From NCBI GenBank assembly GCA_018606785.1, contig JAGYWH010000099.1, positions 1 to 30,811 of the forward strand: DNA of 30,811 nucleotides, read 5' to 3'. The notes beneath the pieces were generated by a model, which was not told where the DNA came from, did not search any database, and saw nothing but the letters and a program-made list of their open reading frames with translations. The position numbers and the translations under genes were made by a program. This DNA is from Candidatus Magnetobacterium cryptolimnobacter (GTDB lineage Bacteria > Nitrospirota > Thermodesulfovibrionia > Thermodesulfovibrionales > Magnetobacteriaceae). Positions 8,851 through 17,328 of this stretch are shown piece by piece (position 1 is the first letter of the stretch; each line of letters starts with the position of its first letter).

Positions 8851-8953
8851 AGAAAAGAAGAAAAGAATGGGGACTCCGTCCCCTGACCCCCTGAAAGGTG
8901 GCGGCTCTGCCCCCCCTTTACCCCCCTGCAAGGGAGCCAGCCCCCTTGACCCC
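8851..8953 (-). repeat. GC-rich bipartite palindromic intergenic repeat (copy R3, variant)
   Basis: The minus strand reads GGGGTCAAGGGGGCTGGCTCCCTTGCAGGGGGGTAAAGGGGGGCAGAGCCGCCACCTTTCAGGGGGTCAGGGGACGGAGTCCCCATTCTTTTCTTC. Lies between the aminotransferase stop and the lpxB start. Confidence 0.85.
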
Positions 8954-8968
8954 ATCTTAGCTCACATC

Positions 8969-10060
8969 CTACAGACACCCCAGGATTACCTCACATACCC
9001 TGTGTATGTCTTCCTCCGGCATCCCGGGATACACGGGCAGAGACAACACCTCTTGGCACGCCCGTTCCGCTATGGGGAAGTCCCCCTGTTTGTAGCCGTA
9101 CTTTTCGGTCGCCCGCTGAAGGTGCATCGGGATGGGATAGTACACCACCGACGATATGTCCTCCTGCTGGAGCTTGGCCCTTATCTTATCCCTCTGTGGG
9201 CTGCGTATCGTGTACTGATGGTAGTTGCTGACGTATCCTTGGGGGACATGTGGGCAGCAAAGATGACCCGCAAGCAGCGAATTATAAATCTGTGCGTTCT
9301 GTCGTCTCAATTGGTTTTGTTGCTCGACCTTCTTTAACTTAATCAGCAGGATGCCGGCCTGTATTTCGTCAAGCCTGCTGTTAAAGCCCAGACACTCGTG
9401 TACGTAGTTGCCATGTGAACCGTGGTTTCTCAGCGCAAGTATTTGCTGATACATCTGGTGATCGTTTGTTGTAACTGCCCCGCCATCACCATAGCAGCCG
9501 AGGTTCTTGCTCGGATAAAAGCTAAAACACCCGGCATCTCCAAAACTCCCCGTCAACTGACCATTGATCGAAGAGCCAAAAGACTGCGCACAGTCCTCCA
9601 CAATGCCAAGATTGTACTGCCTGGCAAGGGACATTATCCCCTCCATGTCACAGGGCACTCCAAATATGTGCACCGGCAGGATAGCCTTTGTCTTTTTCGT
9701 TATCTTTTTCTCAATCTTATTAACATCGATGTTGAGCGTATTGTCATCAATGTCCACAAATACAGGTTTTGCACCGTTATAGATAATGCTCTCAATTGTG
9801 GCAAAAAACGTAAAAGGTGTCGTTATGACCTCATCGCCCTTGCCGACAGAGAGACATGCAAGGCTCAAAAACAACGCCCCCGTACCCGAACCCACCCCGG
9901 CGGCATAGCTCACACCATGGTAGGCCGACAACTGCCTCTCAAACTCCTCAACGTGCGGACCCAGGATGTAGCGACTGCTGCCCAGTATGTCAACAACGCT
10001 CTGTATCACCTCTTGTTCGATATCAAGAAATTCCTTGCGTAAATCCAACATTGGTATCAT
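8969..10060 (-). CDS. DegT/DnrJ/EryC1/StrS-family PLP-dependent sugar aminotransferase (GnnB-like, UDP-3-keto-GlcNAc transaminase candidate)
   Basis: 363 aa, DegT fold signature (YILGPHVEEFE...AAGVGSGTGAL...ITTPFTFFAT). Its start overlaps the stop of the upstream oxidoreductase (ATGA). Sits next to lpxB. Confidence 0.8.
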   Translation of the reverse strand: MIPMLDLRKEFLDIEQEVIQSVVDILGSSRYILGPHVEEFERQLSAYHGVSYAAGVGSGTGALFLSLACLSVGKGDEVITTPFTFFATIESIIYNGAKPVFVDIDDNTLNIDVNKIEKKITKKTKAILPVHIFGVPCDMEGIMSLARQYNLGIVEDCAQSFGSSINGQLTGSFGDAGCFSFYPSKNLGCYGDGGAVTTNDHQMYQQILALRNHGSHGNYVHECLGFNSRLDEIQAGILLIKLKKVEQQNQLRRQNAQIYNSLLAGHLCCPHVPQGYVSNYHQYTIRSPQRDKIRAKLQQEDISSVVYYPIPMHLQRATEKYGYKQGDFPIAERACQEVLSLPVYPGMPEEDIHRVCEVILGCL

Positions 10061-11043
10061 ATCATCAGACTCTCGTATGCCTTGTTCTCCTTTATAATAT
10101 TATCGATCAACAGTGTCAGTTCCAACGCATAACGCGCCTGCCCTGCAGTGACAGGAGGTTGTCTGTTGTCTCTGATGCAGTTGACAAAGTCCATCAACTC
10201 CCTCTGCAGCGGCTCAGACCTTTCAACGGCGATGTCCTCGGTCGCTATTGATGTGCCGTCCTTGAAGTACCTTGTAAGTGTTATATTGTGCAGGTCCACA
10301 GACAGGGAATTCTCTCTCTGAAAGACCTTCAGGGTACGTTTCTTGTGCGGATAAAGTCTGCCGGTTGTCAGCACGGCATTGAGGCCGCTGTCAAACTCGA
10401 TCCATGCCCGTGCCATGTCCGTCTTCTGCGTCAGGACACGTGCACCCACCGCCTTTACCGACCTTGCCTTTGAACGTGCTATGGACAGCACAATGTCTAT
10501 GTCGTGGATCATCAAATCCAAGGTCACGTCGATGTTAAACGCCCTTTCTATCAGCGGTGAACACCTCTCCGTTTCGATACACAACGCAACATCAATCAAC
10601 GACTGTGCTCTCAGAAACGCCGGGTTGTATCTCTCCACGTGTCCCACCTGCGTGATGAGTCCCCTGCTGTGCGCCTCTTGTATGATGGCGTCTGCTTCCT
10701 GTAGTGTAGAGGAGATAGGTTTTTCTATGAAGACGTGCTTTCCGGCCCTCAGACATTCCAACGCTATGGGACAGTGCGTGGCGGTTGGTGTGGCGATCAC
10801 TACGGCATCCACCAAGGGCAGTATCTGACGGTAATCCGTGTTTGTGCTCAGAGGTGAGTGGTCACCGGCATGGTTGCGCAGGGCGTCTTCCAGTGCCTGC
10901 CGGTTCGTATCGGAGATGGCACTGAGCACAACGCCATCCAGCCCGGCTAAAATACGGCAGTGGTGACGTCCAAAATACCCCACCCCGATCACCCCTGCAC
11001 GCAATGCAGATGTCCTACGCTCTGTGGACAATGCCGATTCCAA
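10057..11043 (-). CDS. Gfo/Idh/MocA-family NAD-dependent oxidoreductase (GnnA-like, UDP-GlcNAc 3-dehydrogenase candidate)
   Basis: 328 aa. Rossmann GVIGVGYFGRHH, then ...VVIATPTATH...EKP. The ORF-track start is a TTG; the real start may be an internal TTG/GTG just before the GxGxxG motif. Confidence 0.75.
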   Translation of the reverse strand: MESALSTERRTSALRAGVIGVGYFGRHHCRILAGLDGVVLSAISDTNRQALEDALRNHAGDHSPLSTNTDYRQILPLVDAVVIATPTATHCPIALECLRAGKHVFIEKPISSTLQEADAIIQEAHSRGLITQVGHVERYNPAFLRAQSLIDVALCIETERCSPLIERAFNIDVTLDLMIHDIDIVLSIARSKARSVKAVGARVLTQKTDMARAWIEFDSGLNAVLTTGRLYPHKKRTLKVFQRENSLSVDLHNITLTRYFKDGTSIATEDIAVERSEPLQRELMDFVNCIRDNRQPPVTAGQARYALELTLLIDNIIKENKAYESLMI

Positions 11044-11084
11044 TCTCCCTCACCTTGTGGGCGGGAATAAAAGGGTGAGGGCCA

Positions 11085-12095
11085 CTACAGGGCATTGCTG
11101 ACCTTTTGTATCTCCTGTAGTTTTTTCATTGCACGGCCTGACTCTATGCACTCCTGCACCATGTCAACGGCAGCCTCGATGCCAATCCCCAGGTCTGAGA
11201 CCATCAGTCCGGCTGCGGCGTTGATCACAACGATATTGCGTTTGGTTCCCATGTATCCGCTTAGGACATCGAGAGTGTGGCGTGCGTTGTCGTCCTTGTC
11301 TGCGCCGGCTATGTCCTCGAGACGCCCGCGCTTAAAGCCAAAGTCCTCTGGGCAGAGGTACATGTTTTCTACCTTACCGTCGCGATATCTGGTGATCTTG
11401 GTGCCATCGGTGATGGTTATCTCATCGAGGCCGTCCTGTCCGTGACAGACCATGGCATCCTCCGCCCCCAGATTGCCCAGGACCATGGCCAACGGTTCGG
11501 TCAGCGCAGGCGAAAACACACCCAGTATTTGACGCCTTGCTCCGGCTGGATTGGTCAGTGGACCGAGGATGTTAAATATCGTCCGTACCCCGATCTCACG
11601 GCGTGGATTTACGGCATAACGCATGGCAGGATGAAACATGGGCGCAAACAAAAACCCAAATCCCGTCTCAAACAAACATCGCTCAACCTTGTCGGCAGGC
11701 AGGTCTATCTTTATGCCCAATGCCTCAAGGACATCGGCACTACCAGAGCGGCTGGACACCGAACGATTGCCGTGCTTGGCTATTGGCACCCCGCAGGCGG
11801 CAAGCACAATGGCCGCAGTTGTCGATATATTAAACGTGTGTGCCAGGTCCCCGCCCGTGCCACAGGTGTCAAGGACGTTTTCCGGGGCTTTGATACGCAC
11901 CGCCTTTAGTCTCATCACGGCGGCAGCGGCGGTTATCTCATCCACGCTTTCGCCCTTCAGACGCAACGCCGTCAAAAATGACCCGATCTGCGCATCCGTG
12001 GCCTTGCCCTCCATTATCTCCGTCATACACTCGGTCATTTCATCGGTGGAGAGGTTCAGCCCCTGCACCAGCATCCCTATGGCCTCACGAATCAC
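11085..12095 (-). CDS. trpD: Anthranilate phosphoribosyltransferase TrpD
   Basis: 336 aa, TrpD motifs (DTCGTGGD, HGNRSVSSRSGSADVLEALG). GGAGG Shine-Dalgarno 6 nt upstream of the ATG. Confidence 0.92.
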   Translation of the reverse strand: MIREAIGMLVQGLNLSTDEMTECMTEIMEGKATDAQIGSFLTALRLKGESVDEITAAAAVMRLKAVRIKAPENVLDTCGTGGDLAHTFNISTTAAIVLAACGVPIAKHGNRSVSSRSGSADVLEALGIKIDLPADKVERCLFETGFGFLFAPMFHPAMRYAVNPRREIGVRTIFNILGPLTNPAGARRQILGVFSPALTEPLAMVLGNLGAEDAMVCHGQDGLDEITITDGTKITRYRDGKVENMYLCPEDFGFKRGRLEDIAGADKDDNARHTLDVLSGYMGTKRNIVVINAAAGLMVSDLGIGIEAAVDMVQECIESGRAMKKLQEIQKVSNAL

Positions 12096-12140
12096 AGACT
12101 ACCTCCTCTATGCACCTCTGAAGACATTGCCGTCTCGTTA

Positions 12141-12190
12141 CCATCGCAAATCTCTGAATATATCATCTAAGTCTACCTCTAAACCAAAAA
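12141..12190 (-). pseudogene. Orphan 3'-terminal fragment of a Uma2-family gene (encodes ...[14 protein letters not shown]), 60 bp downstream of hepT
   Basis: About 47/52 nt identical to the 3' end of the intact Uma2 gene at 12959-13008 ([13 protein letters not shown]), with stop TGA changed to TGG. Seen directly in the sequence. Confidence 0.7.
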
Positions 12191-12252
12191 ATATTTATGA
12201 TAACACTTCGGATATTTTACCATATTTCTACTATGTTTTTGCGTAACATGAG

Positions 12253-12585
12253 TTATAAGTGTGGTTTTGAAAAAGATTCTTTAATCTTAGGTAACTGTAA
12301 CCTGATAACCTTCCAAACTATCTCATAATCAACACCAAAATAGAAATGGATAAGTTTATCCCTCATCCTTGCCATATCGCTCCAGGGGACATTCTCATGT
12401 TGATGTCTCATGTCTGACGGTATGTTTTTAGATGCCTCTCCAATTATTTCAAGTTGCCTTATTACTGCACTTGATGTTTTTATGTCAGATGCAAACTCAT
12501 CATAACTCATTTCGGCAATAAAGTCTTCAATATTTTGTATGCAATTAAGTATGTCTTTTATATAAAGGCTGGAGTCTCTATTCAT
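12253..12585 (-). CDS. hepT: HepT-like (DUF86) toxin of a type VII HepT/MNT toxin-antitoxin pair
   Basis: 110 aa with Rx4HxY motif (RDKLIHFY). ATG overlaps the stop of upstream mnt (ATGA). Confidence 0.85.
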   Translation of the reverse strand: MNRDSSLYIKDILNCIQNIEDFIAEMSYDEFASDIKTSSAVIRQLEIIGEASKNIPSDMRHQHENVPWSDMARMRDKLIHFYFGVDYEIVWKVIRLQLPKIKESFSKPHL

Positions 12586-12875
12586 ATTATCACCGTTTCA
12601 TTAAGTATACGTTCTCTTAACTCAGGCCGTACAGCGCTTTTCCTGACAAGATCAACCTTTTTCCTTAGAATTTTCTGAAGGTATCGTTCAATCTCTATAA
12701 ACTTTAGCAGATCAGGCACTTCGTCAAACTCAACAAGGATATCAATGTCACTTCTCCTTGTTTGTTCTGCCCTTGCATAAGAGCCAAATATTCCTATCTC
12801 TCTCACCTTGTATTTATTGACAAGTTCTTCCTTATGTAGTCTGATAGTGCTTTTTATCTCTTCTAAGTTTTTCAT
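12582..12875 (-). CDS. mnt: MNT nucleotidyltransferase antitoxin (minimal nucleotidyltransferase)
   Basis: GIFGSYARAEQTRRSDIDILVEF (GSxxRGx...DxDxLV). The ORF-track start at 12896 is a GTG inside duplicated Uma2-5' sequence. The most likely start is the ATG at 12873-12875 (MKNLEEIK...). Confidence 0.82.
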   Translation of the reverse strand: MKNLEEIKSTIRLHKEELVNKYKVREIGIFGSYARAEQTRRSDIDILVEFDEVPDLLKFIEIERYLQKILRKKVDLVRKSAVRPELRERILNETVII

Positions 12876-12958
12876 TACACTCTGCAAGCATAACACTTAT
12901 TTTGCCGTTACAACCCGGGGCAGTTCGAGGAAGTTCTTTAGATTGGTTAGTCCAATTA
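12865..12958 (-). repeat. Roughly 80-bp duplicate of the trpG-3'/Uma2-5' junction (13487-13567) lying at the 5' end of mnt
   Basis: Y (12865-12947) and X (13487-13567) align at about 80% identity, including ...ttacactctg[c/t]aagcata[a/g]cac... and gaggaagttcttta. A single G-to-T difference (taaggaaaaa to taatgaaaaa) creates the mnt ATG. Confidence 0.7.
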
Positions 12959-13522
12959 TCATCGCAAATCTCTGAATATATCATCCACGTCTACCTCTAA
13001 CCCCTTTAGCTCTCTTGAACTGACCACATTGCCACCCCGACAATGACAGACAAGCTCACCATCCTCGCTTAATGCCAACACCTCAACATATCTGCTGAAG
13101 GGATCGACTATCCAGTACTCCATGACCTTGTGACGCTGGTATAGTTGTCGCTTTTGATGCACGTCCCTGTACTGTGACGATGCCGAAAGAATCTCTACAA
13201 TCACATCAGGAGGACCAAAGACACCGCTGTATTGTACTCTGTGCAGGTTCAACCGCGATATAAACAATATATCAGGCTCAACAATGTCCTCATCACTGAG
13301 CACAACGTCTACGGGGGCATATAACACCATCCCCAGGGCATTGTCCTCAACAAAACGATTCAACCGGATAAACAATCTCTTTGATATAACCTGATGGTTG
13401 ATACTTGGAGCTGGAGACATCGACAGTATTGCTCCTATTAACTCATACCTGTGGTCATCGTCCAGGAGCAGGTAGTCGTCATAAGACAGTTTTTCCTTAC
13501 ACTCTGTAAGCATAGCACTCAT
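12959..13522 (-). CDS. Uma2-family endonuclease (DUF820, PD-(D/E)XK-like), embedded in the trp operon
   Basis: 187 aa with the Uma2 pattern ([18 protein letters not shown]...PDILFIS...EILSASS...K...Y...V.EYWIVDP). Its ATG overlaps the trpG stop (ATGA). Confidence 0.8.
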   Translation of the reverse strand: MSAMLTECKEKLSYDDYLLLDDDHRYELIGAILSMSPAPSINHQVISKRLFIRLNRFVEDNALGMVLYAPVDVVLSDEDIVEPDILFISRLNLHRVQYSGVFGPPDVIVEILSASSQYRDVHQKRQLYQRHKVMEYWIVDPFSRYVEVLALSEDGELVCHCRGGNVVSSRELKGLEVDVDDIFRDLR

Positions 13523-14103
13523 GTTGCCTTTACAACTGTGAACAGGTCGAGGAAGTTCTTTAATATCCGTTTGCCCTCGGTGGTTAAGATCGACTCCGGG
13601 TGAAACTGCACGCCCTCAACTATATGACTCTTATGGCGGATGGCCATTATTTCGCCATCATCCGTCCACGCAGAGTGGACAAAGTCAGCGGGGAGGGTAT
13701 CAGGGCGTATCACCAGGGAATGATACCTCGTGGCGATAAATGGATTGGACACTCCACTGAAGATGCCAACGCCATCGTGATGGACCATGGACGTCTTGCC
13801 GTGCATGAGTCTGTCGGCCCTGACGATAAGACCGCCATATGCCGCCCCGATGGCCTGATGCCCAAGACAGACGCCAAGTATCGGTACCCTGCCGGCAAAG
13901 TGTCTGATAACATCAATCGATATGCCGGCCTCATTGGGGGTGCATGGTCCGGGCGATATCACTATGTATTGCGGCTGCATCGCTTCAATCTCCGTCACGC
14001 TGACACTGTCGTTGCGACAGACCTTAATCTCCTGACCAAGCTCACCGAGATATTGTACCAGGTTATATGTAAAGGAATCATAGTTGTCGATCATCAAAAG
14101 CAT
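13519..14103 (-). CDS. trpG: Anthranilate synthase component II / glutamine amidotransferase TrpG (possibly bifunctional PabA)
   Basis: Class-I GATase triad context (GVCLGHQ...H.E). Start trimmed to the ATG at 14101-14103 (MLLMIDNYD), with GGAG 8 nt upstream and 5 bp after the trpE stop. The ORF-track start at 14172 overlaps trpE. Confidence 0.88.
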   Translation of the reverse strand: MLLMIDNYDSFTYNLVQYLGELGQEIKVCRNDSVSVTEIEAMQPQYIVISPGPCTPNEAGISIDVIRHFAGRVPILGVCLGHQAIGAAYGGLIVRADRLMHGKTSMVHHDGVGIFSGVSNPFIATRYHSLVIRPDTLPADFVHSAWTDDGEIMAIRHKSHIVEGVQFHPESILTTEGKRILKNFLDLFTVVKAT

Positions 14104-14108
14104 ATCCG

Positions 14109-15593
14109 TTACTCCAAACCGTTCTTGGCCATTATCACTGCCTTGAACATTCCCATTGCCTTGTTCACGCACTCATTGTGTTCCATCTCCGGCACCGAGT
14201 CGGCAACGATGCCGGCCCCCGCCTGCACGTATATCTTACCATCTATGGCCAATATCGTCCTGATGGTGATGCACATATCCATATCCCCGGTGAAGCTGAA
14301 GTACCCCACCGATCCGGCATACAGCCCCCGTGCCACCGGCTCAAGCTCGTCTATGATCTCCATTGCCCTGACCTTTGGGGCACCTGAGACCGTACCGGCA
14401 GGAAAACACGCCCGCAGGACATCAAAAGCGTCATGGTCATCCTTTAAGACGCCCTCGACGTTGGATACGATGTGCATGACATGACTGTAACGTTCAATGG
14501 TCATCAACTTAGTCACCTCCACGGAACCGGTACGGGCTACCCTGCCGACGTCGTTTCGGCCAAGATCAACGAGCATGATGTGTTCGGCTCGTTCCTTGGG
14601 GTCGGCCAGCAGTTCCTTCTCAAGGGCGATGTCTTCGGCGTCGGTTGAGCCTCGTTTTCTGGTCCCGGCAATGGGGCGGAGAATGATACGGTCTGACTCC
14701 AGTTTGACCAATATCTCCGGAGAAGAGCCGACAACCTTACAGCCGTCCAGATTCATATAGAACATGTAGGGGGAGGGGTTTATCACCCTGAGTTTCCGGT
14801 ATATCGTAAAGGGGTCAACAGCGGCGGAGGTCTCAAATCGCTGGGAGAGTACGATCTGGAAGGCATCTCCGGCCCTGATATACTCCTTGGCCCTGTCAAC
14901 AACATCCATGAAGTCTTCCGGTTTATTGAATGAAGACGTATAGTGAGTCGTGGAATTGTCTTTGCCTACGTCAAGGCTGTCGTCTTTACGTGGTTTTTTC
15001 AACAGACTGATCATGGACTCTATCTTTGCCACTGCATCGGCGTAGGCCTCTTCGGCAGTCGTGTTGTCATCTATGAAGGCGTTGGCAACAACCTTGATGA
15101 CATGCTTGAGGTGATCAAAGATCAGCAGCGTCTCCATTTTCATCATGTACATATCCGGCAGTCCGAGCGAAGGTTTGTCGGTGGGCGTGACCTTCTCAAA
15201 GAATCTAACGCTTTCGTAACCGATATATCCCACCAGTCCACCAAAGAAGCGTGGTAGACCCGGAACCTCAACGACCTTGTATGGAGCCATCTCTTGTTTG
15301 AGGACATTCAGCGGGTCATCGACCCTCATATGCACCGGAGGCTGTTGGTGTCGGGTGATTTCCATATCGTTGCCCCAGCCCTTGATGACCTTCATGGGCA
15401 CCCCAGCTATGAAAGAATACCGTGCCCATTTCTCACCGCCCTCAACGCTCTCAAACAGGAACGAGTCCCGTCCGTTTATCTTCATGTACGCAGATACCGG
15501 CGTCTCCATATCGGCCAGTATCTCCTTGTACACCGGTATCAGGTTACCTCTGCCTGAGAGTTCCTTAAATTGTTCCAGTTCCGGATAATACAT
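14109..15593 (-). CDS. trpE: Anthranilate synthase component I TrpE
   Basis: Chorismate-binding enzyme (PIAGTRKRG...[25 protein letters not shown]...[11 protein letters not shown]). The ORF-track start at 15620 is a TTG; the first ATG (MYYPELEQF) at 15591-15593 is more likely. Confidence 0.9.
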   Translation of the reverse strand: MYYPELEQFKELSGRGNLIPVYKEILADMETPVSAYMKINGRDSFLFESVEGGEKWARYSFIAGVPMKVIKGWGNDMEITRHQQPPVHMRVDDPLNVLKQEMAPYKVVEVPGLPRFFGGLVGYIGYESVRFFEKVTPTDKPSLGLPDMYMMKMETLLIFDHLKHVIKVVANAFIDDNTTAEEAYADAVAKIESMISLLKKPRKDDSLDVGKDNSTTHYTSSFNKPEDFMDVVDRAKEYIRAGDAFQIVLSQRFETSAAVDPFTIYRKLRVINPSPYMFYMNLDGCKVVGSSPEILVKLESDRIILRPIAGTRKRGSTDAEDIALEKELLADPKERAEHIMLVDLGRNDVGRVARTGSVEVTKLMTIERYSHVMHIVSNVEGVLKDDHDAFDVLRACFPAGTVSGAPKVRAMEIIDELEPVARGLYAGSVGYFSFTGDMDMCITIRTILAIDGKIYVQAGAGIVADSVPEMEHNECVNKAMGMFKAVIMAKNGLE

Positions 15594-15739
15594 TGTGACA
15601 AACACTCTCTCTTTTCTCAAGAATATGTTTCATATAAATTATACTGTGTATATCATAACAGTTTGGTCAAAGAAAGTTCCAATAGTACTCAGAGTTATGC
15701 TCTCTTGCTTATGACCGTCATGCTCCATGGATAGCTCAA

Positions 15740-16453
15740 TCATCCATTTTGAAACAACGCAGGAGTCAGTGTCTCCAGAAATGAAATCGTATAAGTCCAT
15801 GCCGCCTTTGCCGCATAATGTTGCCACTTATCATCTTTTTTGGAGTCTGCCTTGTCACTGACGCCTTTAATCATAATAAAACCCGGCTTTGAAAAATTTT
15901 GACTGATAGCCTTGCAAACACCGGCAGATTCCATTTCGATGGCCACAAGCTTGTTCCAGACGCCGAGGAACTCGGTTACCTTTTTCTCATCAGCCACGAC
16001 CTTGTTACCGGATAATACGACTCCAAATAACACTTTAGGGACAAAGTTGTCAGATATTAAAGTCAACTTCCACTCGCTGCTTCTGTATCCCCTCAGACGG
16101 TTCAAAAGAAATGCATCTACGTCATATCCCTTCCAGTGTGCAGATGTACCATCAGTGGTTATCTTCCCCAGCTCGTAGTCCACCACTTGATCGGAAACTA
16201 CAACATCCCCGATGTTGACATCTTTTCCTGCCCCTCCGGCTATTCCGATGAGCAGTATCTTTTTGGGTTGCCACTGGTATAGTATATCCGCTGTTACCAA
16301 TGCTGCATCCACATGCCCCATTCCAATGGCACAGGTAGCTATTATGTTGAGACCGTTTTTGGTTCGGTATTGGTAATATGTGCGAATTGAATTAAAGATG
16401 CTTTCTACGGGTTGCCATCCCTCCGTTTTTTCCAGGATAGCGTTAAGCTCCAA
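15740..16453 (-). CDS. PNP/UDP-phosphorylase-family nucleosidase (MTA/SAH-nucleosidase/futalosine-hydrolase-like), 5' end uncertain
   Basis: IIATCAIGMG...LLIGIAGGAG...AIEMESAG motifs. The conserved N-terminal strand (RVDVAIITALPLELNAILEK) is in frame upstream of the first canonical start (a TTG at 16451-16453) with no ATG/GTG/TTG, so there may be a frameshift or non-canonical start. About 40% GC. Confidence 0.7.
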   Translation of the reverse strand: MELNAILEKTEGWQPVESIFNSIRTYYQYRTKNGLNIIATCAIGMGHVDAALVTADILYQWQPKKILLIGIAGGAGKDVNIGDVVVSDQVVDYELGKITTDGTSAHWKGYDVDAFLLNRLRGYRSSEWKLTLISDNFVPKVLFGVVLSGNKVVADEKKVTEFLGVWNKLVAIEMESAGVCKAISQNFSKPGFIMIKGVSDKADSKKDDKWQHYAAKAAWTYTISFLETLTPALFQNG

Positions 16454-16467
16454 CGGAAGTGCCGTGA

Positions 16468-16848
16468 TTATCGCAACATCGACTCTTTGAGGCGCAGGTT
16501 GCTCCTGTTTGATATTTTTTTCTTTTCGGCTTGGCTTTTTCTATCCTGCCCCTCATAAACTGTCGCTGTTGCATGTTTCCCAGCAGCCAAGGCTTCAGCT
16601 TGTATACTTCCTCCCTGTACAAAGATTCCACTGTTTACTATGACAGTGGATTTATCTTTATTGTTTGAAGCATTAACATTACCGGAACTATCAGTATCTG
16701 TCACGTCCGGAGACAGAATCCTTTCTATGTAGCTAATGCGCTCTTTATACACCATGATCTTGTCGTGGTCCGGATTAATCTTTATCTCTTCGCTACGTAA
16801 TAAATCCCTGTAAGAATCAAGTCGATTTATATAATCCCTTTTTTCCAT
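16468..16848 (-). CDS. Small hypothetical protein (126 aa), paralog of the 16975-17199 product; shared motif IVN(N/S)GIFVQGG(N/S)IQA.A.A.G
   Basis: AGGGAGG Shine-Dalgarno 10 nt upstream of the ATG. The conserved 25-aa C-terminal block is shared with the neighbouring 74-aa ORF. AT-rich. Confidence 0.55.
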   Translation of the reverse strand: MEKRDYINRLDSYRDLLRSEEIKINPDHDKIMVYKERISYIERILSPDVTDTDSSGNVNASNNKDKSTVIVNSGIFVQGGSIQAEALAAGKHATATVYEGQDRKSQAEKKKISNRSNLRLKESMLR

Positions 16849-16974
16849 TTCTCGTAAGCCTCCCTATATTTCAGTAACACCATACAAAAACGTAACATAC
16901 TTAATTTTTATTGTTGTCAAGCGACTTGACTGAGTATACCATACGATGTTAATGGATGTTTTATAGTTTTCTTT

Positions 16975-17199
16975 TTATTTCTCCTTTTTATTAGTTTCTG
17001 CTTTAGCTTTAGCTTTAGCTCCAACTGCAATGGCATTAGCCTGTATATTTCCTCCTTGCACGAATATTCCGTTGTTTACTATAGCTGTGGCTTTGTCTTT
17101 AAAATCCGAAGTATCAATATTATGTTTATCCAAGAAATCTGCTATAGAATCAATAATTTCTCTTTCCAATACTTTTACATACATTTCCTTATCCAGCAT
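16975..17199 (-). CDS. Small hypothetical protein (74 aa), paralog of the 16468-16848 product
   Basis: ...KDKATAIVNNGIFVQGGNIQANAIAVGAKAKAKAE, matching ...KDKSTVIVNSGIFVQGGSIQAEALAAGKHATA in its neighbour. Confidence 0.5.
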   Translation of the reverse strand: MLDKEMYVKVLEREIIDSIADFLDKHNIDTSDFKDKATAIVNNGIFVQGGNIQANAIAVGAKAKAKAETNKKEK

Positions 17200-17328
17200 T
17201 TGAAAATACCTGTAAAACAGGTCACGACTATAATCTTGCCTGATACTCTTTGTAGCCCCATAGTTGAAAAGAGGGTTTTCCTTTATCTCTCTTTTTTGTT
17301 TATCTTCAATAAATTTTAAATGTATCCT

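Noticed and set aside
15594-15739. trp leader peptide / attenuator upstream of trpE
   Set aside because: The only small ORF in the leader (MEHDGHKQES...) has no Trp codons. No obvious terminator/antiterminator alternative hairpins were found.
15639-15827. ORF 15639-15827 (-) overlapping the 3' end of the nucleosidase gene
   Set aside because: It is out of frame with, and overlaps, the nucleosidase gene and runs into the trpE leader. No independent support.
16468-17199. Small paralogs as YadA-like adhesin head repeats or RiPP precursors
   Set aside because: The shared block (IVNNGIFVQGGNIQANAIAVG) is loosely reminiscent of trimeric-autotransporter head repeats, but the proteins are tiny, lack signal peptides and cysteines, and there is no maturase adjacent. 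This is too speculative to call.
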